Part shown: piece after piece, positions 29,534-40,125 of the stretch | Layout: each line of letters starts with the position of its first letter | Numbering within the stretch: position 1 is the first letter of the stretch | The notes under the pieces: model-generated | Seen by the model: only the letters and a program-made list of their open reading frames with translations | Databases searched by the model: none | What the model was told of the DNA's origin: nothing | Translations under genes and position numbers: made by a program | Assembly: GCA_048941285.1 (NCBI GenBank) | Contig: JBHLNS010000004.1 | Location: 82,431-146,430, forward strand | Source of the DNA: Promethearchaeota archaeon | Lineage (GTDB): Archaea; Asgardarchaeota; Lokiarchaeia; Sigyniarchaeales; SOKP01 | Direction of reading: 5' to 3' | Length of the DNA stretch: 64,000 bases

Positions 29534-30328
29534 TTACATATCTTCTTCATCTTCTTCGTTTACTACAAGTTCTTCTTCCCCAGCAGGAATAGGTGTTTTG
29601 GGTTTGGGTTGTACCAGTTTCTTTACATTTATTCTTTCAGATCTCTTTATTTCTGATTTTCTTGATCTCTTTATATCAACTTCTACAATTTCAAATTGGT
29701 CATCTGGAATTACTTTATCCTCCCCTCCTTCAGGTATAGAAACAAGTTTGCTCTTGATGATTACAGAGTTCGACAATGGATAAATAGTTTTACCTACTCT
29801 TTGAATTTGGTTTTGAAATTCTCCATATATCATCCCTGCTATAAATTTTTCATGATTTAGACTTTTAGCAAATTCCCTAAGAATCTCCCTTGTTATTTTC
29901 CTTATTAAAATTTGTTGACTACTTCTTGCTCTTTTAATAGTAGTACAAATCATAGTTAAGCGGAATATATAACCATCCTTTGTTGTTAAGTTGATAATTG
30001 ACTGTATTTTTGTGCTTCCTCTACCAATTAAAGATCGTATGAAATCATTAGTATATTGGTGTCCAACAAATATGCTGTTGCATTTTTTTGCTTCGTTATT
30101 AACTTCAACAATTCTGAATTTTAGTTTCAAACTAATATCAGAGTATCTTCCTGTGAAATCATATAGTAACGCTTCAATGGTTCTCCCCAATAAAGTATCT
30201 TCTAAGCCTATTACTTCCCCTATCTGTTTGAAGTTAAATGTTTTTGGTGAGATAATATGATACCAATTTTTATCTTTAAATGTAACTTTTTTTGTTTTTG
30301 GTTTCTTTTTCCTTGCTTTTGAACTCAA
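29534..30328 (-). CDS. rps3ae: 30S ribosomal protein eS1 (S3Ae)
   Basis: K.WY.I.SP, GRTIE, KLKF, TKDGY and IYPL motifs. TTG start with a GGAGG ribosome-binding site. Confidence 0.95.
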   Translation of the reverse strand: MSSKARKKKPKTKKVTFKDKNWYHIISPKTFNFKQIGEVIGLEDTLLGRTIEALLYDFTGRYSDISLKLKFRIVEVNNEAKKCNSIFVGHQYTNDFIRSLIGRGSTKIQSIINLTTKDGYIFRLTMICTTIKRARSSQQILIRKITREILREFAKSLNHEKFIAGMIYGEFQNQIQRVGKTIYPLSNSVIIKSKLVSIPEGGEDKVIPDDQFEIVEVDIKRSRKSEIKRSERINVKKLVQPKPKTPIPAGEEELVVNEEDEEDM

Positions 30329-30342
30329 TTTACTTCCTCCAT

Positions 30343-30801
30343 CTATCTTGCTACTAATGTTCTTATCTTTTCAGAGTCATATTTAAAATCTAATGGAAGT
30401 TTCTTCTTCTTTTTATAGTATTTTATCAACCGATATATCTTACTCTCTGTGCGATTCAATCCTTTTCTTGCTTCCAGGTCTTTATGATTCGTTTCTAGAT
30501 GTTTTCTAATTTTAAGAGCTTTTCTTACTAAATTTGCCAGTTCTTCTGGTAAAGGAGACTTAATCTCGTTTTCTTCCAGGATCTGAGTTACTTTTTTGCC
30601 GGTTACCAATTTAACTAATGGTACGCCTCGTGAATCTCTCATTAGTGTACCTATCATAGATTTTGACTGTCCCCTCCTCGCTAATTTAATAACTTCATTT
30701 TCAACTTCTTCTGGAGAGAGTTCCACCCATGTAGGTTTTTCTAATCTTGCCGGGCGTGTACTGCCTGATTGTCCACCTTTTCTTGAATGCATCCGAGCCA
30801 T
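30343..30801 (-). CDS. rps15: 30S ribosomal protein uS15 (archaeal S15/S13e)
   Basis: MARMHSRK.G.SGS, LPEEL, HKD and ESKIYRLIKYYK. Confidence 0.97.
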   Translation of the reverse strand: MARMHSRKGGQSGSTRPARLEKPTWVELSPEEVENEVIKLARRGQSKSMIGTLMRDSRGVPLVKLVTGKKVTQILEENEIKSPLPEELANLVRKALKIRKHLETNHKDLEARKGLNRTESKIYRLIKYYKKKKKLPLDFKYDSEKIRTLVAR

Positions 30802-30959
30802 TTTTGCGTTCTTCCTTTTATATTGCAGTTCTTATAAGATGTAATATAAAATAAATAAAGAAATATACAAAATAAACTTTTTGAATGTTCATTATTACAA
30901 ATGATTCAAACCTTATTTAACTCGAATATCTAAATAAACATTAAGCGATTATAGTAATT

Positions 30960-31544
30960 ATGAGTATGGATCAAAAAATTCTCTATTTTGTTACTGGTAA
31001 TATTCATAAATACAATGAAATTCATACTTTTTTTAAAAAAGAAAGCATCAATTATATTTTAAAACAAAGAAGTATCAAAACTATTGAAATTCAAGCAAAA
31101 TCAGTCAAAGAAGTAGCATTATACAAATTAGAAAGTATAAAAGGGCAAATAAATGGGTCTTATTTTATTGAAGATGCAGGGTTTTTTGTAGATATTCCAC
31201 TTAATGGTTTTCCAGGAGTATATTCATCATATATTATGAAAACTATTGGTAATAGAGGAATATTAAAACTAATTGATGATTTTGAAAATACAAAAGCTCA
31301 TTTTACTTCAATCATAGCCCTATATTTTGAACCACTTGATAAAAACTTAATATTCGAAGGAAATGTTCATGGAAGAGTGGCAAAAATTGCAAGAGGTTCA
31401 GGTGGATTTGGATTTGATCCAATATTTATCCCGAATATTAGACCTGATAAGACATTTGCGGAATTAAAAACAGAAGAAAAGAACGAAATCTCCCATAGAG
31501 GGCAAGCTTGGAATAAATTCTTAAGATTCCTTAAAGGATTATAA
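30960..31544 (+). CDS. rdgB: XTP/dITP diphosphatase (HAM1/RdgB)
   Basis: TGN..K, EDAG, GFPGVYS, GFGFDPIF and SHRG motifs. Confidence 0.95.
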   Translation: MSMDQKILYFVTGNIHKYNEIHTFFKKESINYILKQRSIKTIEIQAKSVKEVALYKLESIKGQINGSYFIEDAGFFVDIPLNGFPGVYSSYIMKTIGNRGILKLIDDFENTKAHFTSIIALYFEPLDKNLIFEGNVHGRVAKIARGSGGFGFDPIFIPNIRPDKTFAELKTEEKNEISHRGQAWNKFLRFLKGL

Positions 31545-31576
31545 TATTAAAAAAAAGGAGTTTATAAAATTCTTTT

Positions 31577-32089
31577 CTAATCTCGAGGTAAAAACACACT
31601 AACTATACCTAGGCCACCACCGACCAATAATAGATATCCTCCAATATCTACTAGATCATTAGGTAGTATTTGTAATGGAAATATTCCTAATAGGTTATTT
31701 GTGCCAAAAACATTCTCTATCCATAAAATTCTATCGAGTATATCACTACTTGTAAATAACAATGCTATCCCAATACCAATCGGCATAATTGAACCTAAAA
31801 TTGCTAATGTCCGGTTTTTTATACCTGCTATTTGTATTACTCCAGAGGCCAAGAAAAAGATTAAGAAACCAGCAATTATATAAATGGCAAATCCTGGTAT
31901 CCCTAATAGTATTCCATATGCGTCAGCGTTTGTAAACATGTTTGGGAGATTATTTATTATACCTAAACCATTGGAATAAAATGTTGGTGGTATATTTGGT
32001 GGAATATCCATTCCATACCAAGAAAAAACATAAGTAGCGATAATCGTAACTATTCCTGCTACTAAACTAGTTAATTTTCCAGATTCCAT
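31577..32089 (-). CDS. Hypothetical 4-TM membrane protein
   Basis: Gly-rich hydrophobic segments. Confidence 0.75.
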   Translation of the reverse strand: MESGKLTSLVAGIVTIIATYVFSWYGMDIPPNIPPTFYSNGLGIINNLPNMFTNADAYGILLGIPGFAIYIIAGFLIFFLASGVIQIAGIKNRTLAILGSIMPIGIGIALLFTSSDILDRILWIENVFGTNNLLGIFPLQILPNDLVDIGGYLLLVGGGLGIVSVFLPRD

Positions 32090-32279
32090 TATAAAATACC
32101 TTATTTAATTTTTAATTCATGTATTTTTTTTAAAATTGCTATTTATAATTAATCGATTGATTATATATAACTTTAATACATTAGCATTTGATAGATTAGT
32201 AAAGAAATTTATTTAAAAAAAAATACATGATTTTTAGTATCTGAATTGTGCATTAAATGGTAGTTAGAGCATATTTGAT

Positions 32280-35270
32280 TTAAAATGTCTGCCTAAAGAT
32301 ATCCATAATGCTTTTCTTGTAAAAATATTTCACTAAAATTATATAAATTCCAAGAAATGCGAATGAAATTGATAATATAAACACTCTTAATAAAGTTTCT
32401 ATGGGGATTGAAAAAATAATAGGCATTTCCGTCATTAAACTCATATTAGATTCAAGTAAATATCCAGTATAAGTACCAATGATTGTCCCCATAACTCCCG
32501 CAGAAAGTAGAGTAATCATGCTTTCAATTAAAAACATATTACGAACGTTTCGAGTTTTCATCCCCATCGATCTTAGTATCCCAATCTCAAATTTTCTTTC
32601 TAAAATAACTGCATACATGCTGCTTATAAGGCCAAAAATGCTAATGATTATTGTGAATGTTAAAATCAATTCCATCAAAAACGACTGTCTTTCAGTCATC
32701 GCTTTAAAAAAATTAATCTTGGAAATTGCATCATCAATAATGATATCCTTGTCTTGATACATAGTATTTATATCATCTTTAGTCTCCTCAATGTTTTCTT
32801 CAGTTTTATCAACAAGGTTTAAAAATATTTTATCTATTATCATATTAGGGGCTCCAGGGTTTTTAACCTTCATCAAACGCATGTAATTCTCTAAAGAAAC
32901 CATAACACCTCCGCCATTAGCAGACATTTCATTACTTCGAAAGTTGTAAAATCCAGGAATCCCCCCCGAAATTCCAACGACCCGAAATAATGTGACATTC
33001 CCAGGTGCTAATGGCCCATCATCATAATCTTCAGGTCTAAAAAATGTTAAACGAATATATTCTCCTACTTCTTTAATTCCTACATAATCCGCAATCGATT
33101 TAGCAATTATGCATGTATTATTATGTGTGAATAATTCATTAAATGAATAATCAGTGTTACTACCTTGGCTTTTCCAAATCAACAAATTTTGATCAATTAA
33201 ATCAACAAAATCATTATTTATACCTATAAATCCTGCCTCCACAACATCAAAATCCATCATGTCTCCTGCTGTTGTTTTGAATTTTGAATCATCTTCCTCT
33301 CCAAAAAATTGAAATATGTTCATCATTTGTTCGGTGGAATCACTACTAAAACCTACTTGCCCCTCACTAACTTCAAAAAGTGTTGCCAGAGTTGCTTGAA
33401 GATCAAACGTATTATGAAGTGAAACAGCTAACTTATCTATACCTGGTAAGTTTTCTAATTCGTTAACCATATCAAGTGTTAAAGCACTTTCTGGGGTATA
33501 AAAATTTTGATTCATTAAAACTAAATCTGATCCATATTGAAATCTTAAATTCAGATCCATATTTTCAGATTCCATTTTAGTTACACTTGTAATAAAAAAA
33601 ATAAAAGAAAAACTAATAGAAAACATAATCACAGTGCTCGTATTACGTCTTCTATATCGTTTTAACGAAATGCTTATAATATTGCTATATTTTCTAATAG
33701 CAGGTGATATTATACCTAGAAAGACTTTTTGAATTATTGGAATCACTCCTATTGAGGCAAAAACCAATCCAATTACAATAGCTGCTAATAAGCCAATAAA
33801 AAGTGCTGAAGTTAACATAAAATCTCCAGTAACAAATATATTTGGCATTAAAACAAACACAATCATTCCAATTGTAGCTATCGCAATACCTGTAAGAAAA
33901 CTTTTGACATTCATACTTCCTTCCTTTTTTATTTCCCATCCTTCTTCCTTAGTTTGAAAAGGTGTAATTGATTTAATAATATCTAACTTTGCTGTTTTTA
34001 AAGCGGGTAATAAAGATATTGCCAATGATACAAATGTTCCTATTGAAAATGTCATTATAAGCGTATCAGGCTGAATAACCCATTCTACTTCAGTGAATTC
34101 AAATTGAAACTGATATAGAGGAAATATAGACTGAGCAATCGGTTTCATCAATGTAAACCCGAGGATCATTCCTAATATTGACCCAATTAAACCTAACATC
34201 AATCCCTCAAATAAAACCATTTTAATACAATAAGCTTTTCTACTTCCAACTACACGAATAACCCCAAATTCTCTAACTCGTTCTTCAACAGAGGTAGATA
34301 GAATGCTGTTTATCAAAATACCCGTTATAAGTGTGGAAAGAATTGTGATAAACCAAAACATTATTGTCACTGTCATTAAAAGAAACTGACCACCCTCAAG
34401 TTCTTCCAACTTTGGTAGACTTACTGTAAACTCGTTCAGATCTAATCTTTCTTGGATATTAGATCCAATTTTTCGAAGTCTTCTGGTTGTTAAATCCAAA
34501 TTACTTGCGTCATATACAGCTCTAGGGTTATTTATAGTTCCTACTATGAAATTTATTAAACTATCTCGTTTTAGGAAACTCTGAGCTTGTTGTATATTAA
34601 CAAGAATTAATGAATTTTCAAATTGCATAAACTTAAGATCTTGAATGCAAATTTCAACTACAGTTAAGTTTAACTCATACGTTTGATATTTTAAATATAT
34701 ATTATCTCCTCTACTTACATTAAGGATTTGTGCCACATTCCATAATATAACACATTCCCCATTATTTGGCTCATCATCATATATCTCATTTGTTTCTTCT
34801 CCTTGTTCATCCACAATTATCAGATCTCCCATATTTCCATTTGTAGCCTCTTCAATAAAGTTAAGGCCGTATAATTGTAGCGAGCCACTAGTGTTTATAT
34901 TTTCTGAAGTAGTCTCTACCAACATCATAATACGAGGAAATAATTTTTGAACCCCCTCAACATCTTCTAATTCATTATTAATAATCTGCTCATCAAAGAA
35001 AGGATCATAAGTCAAATCTGTTTGAATAGTTCGTGTAATCATAATATCTGATTTTCCTGTTGATGATGTAACATATAAAAGATAATTGTAATTTACTGTG
35101 TCATTTAACATTCCAATAGTAGTTAATAGAAATAATGAAACTGCAATTCCACATACCCCAAAGAGAGCTTTAGCTTTATCTCTCTTGAGATCAAGCCAAG
35201 AATGTTTGATAATTTGTAGATTTATTCGCTTTCTCAGTTTATACAAGAAATTTCTTAAATCCATAATCAC
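32280..35270 (-). CDS. MacB/FtsX-type ABC transporter permease (two FtsX repeats, two large extracellular domains)
   Basis: ERVREFGVIRVVG and ERKFEIGILRSMG coupling motifs; TM1-ECD-TM2-4 architecture present twice. Confidence 0.92.
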   Translation of the reverse strand: MIMDLRNFLYKLRKRINLQIIKHSWLDLKRDKAKALFGVCGIAVSLFLLTTIGMLNDTVNYNYLLYVTSSTGKSDIMITRTIQTDLTYDPFFDEQIINNELEDVEGVQKLFPRIMMLVETTSENINTSGSLQLYGLNFIEEATNGNMGDLIIVDEQGEETNEIYDDEPNNGECVILWNVAQILNVSRGDNIYLKYQTYELNLTVVEICIQDLKFMQFENSLILVNIQQAQSFLKRDSLINFIVGTINNPRAVYDASNLDLTTRRLRKIGSNIQERLDLNEFTVSLPKLEELEGGQFLLMTVTIMFWFITILSTLITGILINSILSTSVEERVREFGVIRVVGSRKAYCIKMVLFEGLMLGLIGSILGMILGFTLMKPIAQSIFPLYQFQFEFTEVEWVIQPDTLIMTFSIGTFVSLAISLLPALKTAKLDIIKSITPFQTKEEGWEIKKEGSMNVKSFLTGIAIATIGMIVFVLMPNIFVTGDFMLTSALFIGLLAAIVIGLVFASIGVIPIIQKVFLGIISPAIRKYSNIISISLKRYRRRNTSTVIMFSISFSFIFFITSVTKMESENMDLNLRFQYGSDLVLMNQNFYTPESALTLDMVNELENLPGIDKLAVSLHNTFDLQATLATLFEVSEGQVGFSSDSTEQMMNIFQFFGEEDDSKFKTTAGDMMDFDVVEAGFIGINNDFVDLIDQNLLIWKSQGSNTDYSFNELFTHNNTCIIAKSIADYVGIKEVGEYIRLTFFRPEDYDDGPLAPGNVTLFRVVGISGGIPGFYNFRSNEMSANGGGVMVSLENYMRLMKVKNPGAPNMIIDKIFLNLVDKTEENIEETKDDINTMYQDKDIIIDDAISKINFFKAMTERQSFLMELILTFTIIISIFGLISSMYAVILERKFEIGILRSMGMKTRNVRNMFLIESMITLLSAGVMGTIIGTYTGYLLESNMSLMTEMPIIFSIPIETLLRVFILSISFAFLGIYIILVKYFYKKSIMDIFRQTF

Positions 35271-35286
35271 ACTCTATTAATTTTTT

Positions 35287-38200
35287 TTATATATCTAGAA
35301 CGCTAAATTTCTTTTTTTTACTTTTAAACTCTCTCGGAAATTTACCTTCTTCGGCTAAAATTGCCTCAACTTCTTCTTTTTCCTTTCTGATTAACCTAAC
35401 ACCTTTACATTTTTTATTTTTACAATAATAATTCTCTCCTGGTGCGTCTTTTAGAAACCATCTTCCACAGTTCGAGCAGTTATATGCAGCATAAATTTGG
35501 TCATGCTCACAAATAGGGCACATTATATCAAATTTATTCGAGTAAAACCATGATCTACATGATTTGCAGTATAAGGTTAAGGGTTTTTGAAGTTCTTCTT
35601 CTTGTTCGATTAATTCTATTCGTTTTATTACTTGATCTTTATCAATATCTTTTAATCTAATTTTTTCAGCACGAATATTTTTTATATTTTGAATCCAAAT
35701 TTTTCCTTTCTTCTCAGCAAAGATAAAAAGTGATATCATTACAACACCTATAACTCCGATTAAAATAATATATGGCCCCCATAGAAGCCACCATCTTACA
35801 TTATTCACTGATACGTTTATAAATGACTCTGCTTTATTTCCTTCTTTATCATAAGCCACTATTCTAATTTCAAATGGGCCATCATTATAATTGGCTGTAT
35901 TCCAATTAAATTCTAATAATCCTATACTATTATTAAAATTGAGTTTACTTCGATCAACACTTATATTATTTAGAAATATATAAATTCTTGATTCATCTAA
36001 TCCAATATTATCAGTTATATTTGCTCTTATCACGACTAATGATTTAAGATTAATCTCAGGTTCAGGATTCATTATTCTTATTTCTGGAGCAATAAAATCT
36101 GAAGATTTATCATAACCTAGATAAATATTAGATAATAGCCATCCATATCCTATTCCAATTATATTATTATTTGAATGTAAAGTGAACATCACCATTATAT
36201 CTTCTCCAGAATACTGAGATATATCAAATCTTTTACTTCCAGAGAGATCCTCACTATCATATGTAAATTCTTTAAGAATAATCCATTTTTCTCCAAAATC
36301 TTTTGATATTGAAATAATGCACCTATCTAATTGTTCTTCGGGTTGATAAAATTCATTTTGTAAAGAAATTTCATAATCAAATTCAAGATAGACTTTATAT
36401 TTACTTCCGAGATGTAAAGGACGAGTTATTAAATTACTATCCCAATTAATTCCATATCCCTGTTCAAAACCACCATAACTCTGGCCTCTACCTCCATATA
36501 GGTATGGTTGGTTAAGACGGGTTATTGGATGCCAAGTGTTATCTGCTTTAAACCAAGCAGTATTTTCTTTTGGAGATGGGCTACCTGATATATAATAGTC
36601 ATCTAGGTGTGTATTTGAAAATTCATATCCAATATTTTTGCCATCTTTAAATAGATTAAAATATAGAGGATTTGGGTTAATAAATTTAAAAAGAGAATTA
36701 TTTTTATTATATAATGGGGTTGAATTCACATATTTACCATCAGAAACATGAAATCTGAATGACTGACTTGAAATTTCTTCTAATAATACAGATCTGGTAA
36801 AATAAATTCCCCAATCTATAAAATTATTTGAGCTAGCATTCCAATCTCCATAAATATTATACATTGAATAATTAGTACTATCTAATTCTAGATATACAAA
36901 TTCAGGATAATTATTATCTAAATCAAAATATTCCAAAGAAAAAGTATACTTCTGGTATTTAGAATCTTGAGTGAAAGGGATATTATTATTTATATCAAAT
37001 TTTATTAGTGGGTAATTCTCATTAGTATAATTTACTATTGCAAAATAATCCAAAATAAGCCCTTTATAATTTACAGAATCAAATTCCTCATCAAGAGCAG
37101 TATCGAATCGAAATTGCACGAAATTTCCAATATATTGGGTTAAATTTATTTCTTCCATAAACCATTCCTGTTCAATATTTGTATAGGTTTCTAAAGTTAC
37201 CCAACCTGTCCAATTTAGATTGATTTGTAAATAAATAAAATCCCCTGAGTTCAAACTTACTCTAAATCCAAATTTTGCATAAGGTTTAGTATGTATCTGG
37301 TTGATATCTGTTAAATTGTACAAAGGACTGATTAATGTGCCATTTGGATACGGATCCTCAGTTACTCTAATAGGTTGATATGTATAATTATCCGGATTAT
37401 TATGATAAGTACCAAAATACATGGAATGCCAAGAATCTTTATATATTCTTGATCTATTATCATTAATATTATTTTGAGACATTATTTCCCATCCAATGCC
37501 AGTATATGTCCAATTACCAATTCCATCATTAAAATTATGATAATTAGGAAATCGAATACTATCTGTTGGGAATTCAATTTTAATATTGAATTGTTTACTA
37601 TATGGAAATCTTGTTGTAAAAGAACCGTCACTCGCAACAAAAAAGTAATGATATATTCCAGATCTGGGAAACTGAATATAATCACTCATAAAGATTGCCC
37701 CATCAGTGTAAATGTTATCCAGAGCATAAAGTTGAGTTAAGGAATAATTTCTTGATAATTCTAAAATAGATACATAAACCTCTTGAGGTGGGACATTTGA
37801 AGTATCATTATCAAAATATTCAATGTAAAATCTATAACTATCAATAGTATAGTTTTTCTGTGGCTGGCCTCCCATATATTCTTGAAGACTCATTACAGTT
37901 GTATTTTTAGACCCTTCAAAATAATTAATTTCAGCTATTCTCAATTCAGGCCTAAAAAGATTATTAACTGTTGAAATATTTAAGGTAAAATCACTAGTTC
38001 CCTCAATTGCTTTCACAATTATAACACAGTTAGTCTGATTATTTTTTGGAATAAAATAGAAATTATCAAAATCCCCATACCATTTTCGTGATGACTGTAG
38101 GAGAATTGGTTCTCCATATTGATTAGTTTCATTTGAAAATAAGAAAAAATCGAAATTTGCTTCTGGGGTATCAACTGATAAACTAAATGAATACTGAACA

Positions 38201-40113
38201 TCTTCAGTTAGTTCAATTTGGCGAGCAAACACATGTTTACCCAGAGGATTTACTTCGGAACTTACTAAATGATCGCTAACTACACTATTTACCATCATAT
38301 TTCTAATAAGAGCATCAATCGCAGCCTGAAGATTTATTCTTCCATACCCTTCATGAATATCTTTTAAACCAACAGTCATTGGAGAGATGGATAATGATGG
38401 AGAATATTCACTTTCATCAACAGATGTAGAAGGATCATCTTCTCTTTGAAGATTGGTTTCTGAAGCTGTCATCAATAAAATTGCCTTAACATATTTAACA
38501 TATTTTGTTAAATCAAGATTATTCCATTGATTCCAATTATTCCATCTTGCTTCTATTAATATATTAATAGCTGCCGATACTATTGCTGTTGCAATTGAAG
38601 TTCCATAGGATGCAGTAGCTTTATCAATTTCTTCACCAGCTCCAATTATCGAACGGTGCCCCGGTATTTTACTTCCACCAGGAGCAACAATATCTGGTTT
38701 AATTATATTTTCCACATTTTCACCTATACTACTATAAGATGTAACTTGATCTTTATCATTTATAGCTCCTACTACTATGGCATTTTTATTTTCTGCTAAT
38801 TTATTTAAGGAATTTGAAAATTCAATACCGTTATTACCTGCCGCAATAACTACTAAAACACCAGTCTCAATTACATCATCTATGGCGGCATTTGCAGTTA
38901 TTAGATCTTCTCCTAAAGTACCAATACTTAAGCAAACACTAATGATATGATCTATATCCCTATTTTCGATTACACTAGCTAAAGCTGATATTAAATCGGA
39001 TGTATATCCTCTTCCAGATTGATTTAAAATTTTATAAGCAACAATTTTTGTAGCATTGGCTATCCCTGTAAAATAATTTCTGTTTTCAATTGGGTATTCA
39101 GGAAAATAAGTAATTTTTGTATCGAAAGAAAAACTAGGTTTGCTTTGAATTAATTTATGATATTTCAGATATAGATCATAAACACCTAGGTTATCTTGGG
39201 TGAGAGCTTGGTTTATAATATAATAACTACCAGGAATTTCATTATAAGAATTTTGAACTAAAGTTTCATTATAATATAATTCAAACCAAAATTTATCGAT
39301 TCCGGGAGTTTCTAATTCCCAGGAAGAATTAATTAGAATATTTGAACCTACTTTTGACGCATTAAAAGAGAAAATCTTTAACTTAAAATTTCCTGGGGCT
39401 GAGTATTCTCCAAATAATTCGATATGAGAATAATTCCCTTTAATTTTAATTGTTGAAGGGATAATTGAATCATATCGATCTATTCCTGTTCCAGTAATAA
39501 TTGAAGATATTAAAGTACCATGCCCATTATCATCAGATATCGGTTGAAAATCGACAAAGTTTTGCCAACCTACAATATCTCCACTTAAATCTAAAGGACT
39601 ATATCCATCTGGAAAAAAATTATGATTAGGATTAATACCAGTATCCAATACTGCGACAGAAGAGTCTGTATTACCTTTTAGTCCATCTAAAAACCATGTT
39701 GAGTTGACAGCACCAACTTGAATTGAGGCATAATTCATTTGGGCTTCTAATATTTCATTATTTTCTATTGTGGCATCCGGAAAATCATTTTGAAAAGCTG
39801 TCTTATTCGATTCTAAAGGCATAATACCTGCAAATCCTGAAGTGGATATAAATTTATTATTCCATTCCTCATTAATAGTTCCTCCATAATATTCAAAACG
39901 AGATGTGACTGAACTATTATATGATTGTTTCTTAAAGGAGACAATAATATTTTTACTATATAAACCTGAATTTAAAGGATTTTTCTCCTTTTGTGAGTTA
40001 TTTGATAATTGAGAAGTGAATCTACTTGAATTGGGGAAATAATGAAAAATACAAGTAAATGAAATTATTAAAATAATCAATAAAATAATGGAATATTTCT
40101 GTTTCTTCATCAA
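35287..40113 (-). CDS. Membrane-anchored multidomain S8 (subtilase) peptidase with a cytoplasmic Zn-finger tail
   Basis: Signal/TM, I9-like propeptide, VLDTG, HGT, AAGN, KPDIVAPG, GTS, beta-rich repeats, a TM, then CKSC/CPIC/CSNC/CKNKKC. Confidence 0.9.
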   Translation of the reverse strand: MMKKQKYSIILLIILIISFTCIFHYFPNSSRFTSQLSNNSQKEKNPLNSGLYSKNIIVSFKKQSYNSSVTSRFEYYGGTINEEWNNKFISTSGFAGIMPLESNKTAFQNDFPDATIENNEILEAQMNYASIQVGAVNSTWFLDGLKGNTDSSVAVLDTGINPNHNFFPDGYSPLDLSGDIVGWQNFVDFQPISDDNGHGTLISSIITGTGIDRYDSIIPSTIKIKGNYSHIELFGEYSAPGNFKLKIFSFNASKVGSNILINSSWELETPGIDKFWFELYYNETLVQNSYNEIPGSYYIINQALTQDNLGVYDLYLKYHKLIQSKPSFSFDTKITYFPEYPIENRNYFTGIANATKIVAYKILNQSGRGYTSDLISALASVIENRDIDHIISVCLSIGTLGEDLITANAAIDDVIETGVLVVIAAGNNGIEFSNSLNKLAENKNAIVVGAINDKDQVTSYSSIGENVENIIKPDIVAPGGSKIPGHRSIIGAGEEIDKATASYGTSIATAIVSAAINILIEARWNNWNQWNNLDLTKYVKYVKAILLMTASETNLQREDDPSTSVDESEYSPSLSISPMTVGLKDIHEGYGRINLQAAIDALIRNMMVNSVVSDHLVSSEVNPLGKHVFARQIELTEDVQYSFSLSVDTPEANFDFFLFSNETNQYGEPILLQSSRKWYGDFDNFYFIPKNNQTNCVIIVKAIEGTSDFTLNISTVNNLFRPELRIAEINYFEGSKNTTVMSLQEYMGGQPQKNYTIDSYRFYIEYFDNDTSNVPPQEVYVSILELSRNYSLTQLYALDNIYTDGAIFMSDYIQFPRSGIYHYFFVASDGSFTTRFPYSKQFNIKIEFPTDSIRFPNYHNFNDGIGNWTYTGIGWEIMSQNNINDNRSRIYKDSWHSMYFGTYHNNPDNYTYQPIRVTEDPYPNGTLISPLYNLTDINQIHTKPYAKFGFRVSLNSGDFIYLQINLNWTGWVTLETYTNIEQEWFMEEINLTQYIGNFVQFRFDTALDEEFDSVNYKGLILDYFAIVNYTNENYPLIKFDINNNIPFTQDSKYQKYTFSLEYFDLDNNYPEFVYLELDSTNYSMYNIYGDWNASSNNFIDWGIYFTRSVLLEEISSQSFRFHVSDGKYVNSTPLYNKNNSLFKFINPNPLYFNLFKDGKNIGYEFSNTHLDDYYISGSPSPKENTAWFKADNTWHPITRLNQPYLYGGRGQSYGGFEQGYGINWDSNLITRPLHLGSKYKVYLEFDYEISLQNEFYQPEEQLDRCIISISKDFGEKWIILKEFTYDSEDLSGSKRFDISQYSGEDIMVMFTLHSNNNIIGIGYGWLLSNIYLGYDKSSDFIAPEIRIMNPEPEINLKSLVVIRANITDNIGLDESRIYIFLNNISVDRSKLNFNNSIGLLEFNWNTANYNDGPFEIRIVAYDKEGNKAESFINVSVNNVRWWLLWGPYIILIGVIGVVMISLFIFAEKKGKIWIQNIKNIRAEKIRLKDIDKDQVIKRIELIEQEEELQKPLTLYCKSCRSWFYSNKFDIMCPICEHDQIYAAYNCSNCGRWFLKDAPGENYYCKNKKCKGVRLIRKEKEEVEAILAEEGKFPREFKSKKKKFSVLDI

Positions 40114-40125
40114 TTTAAAACACCT

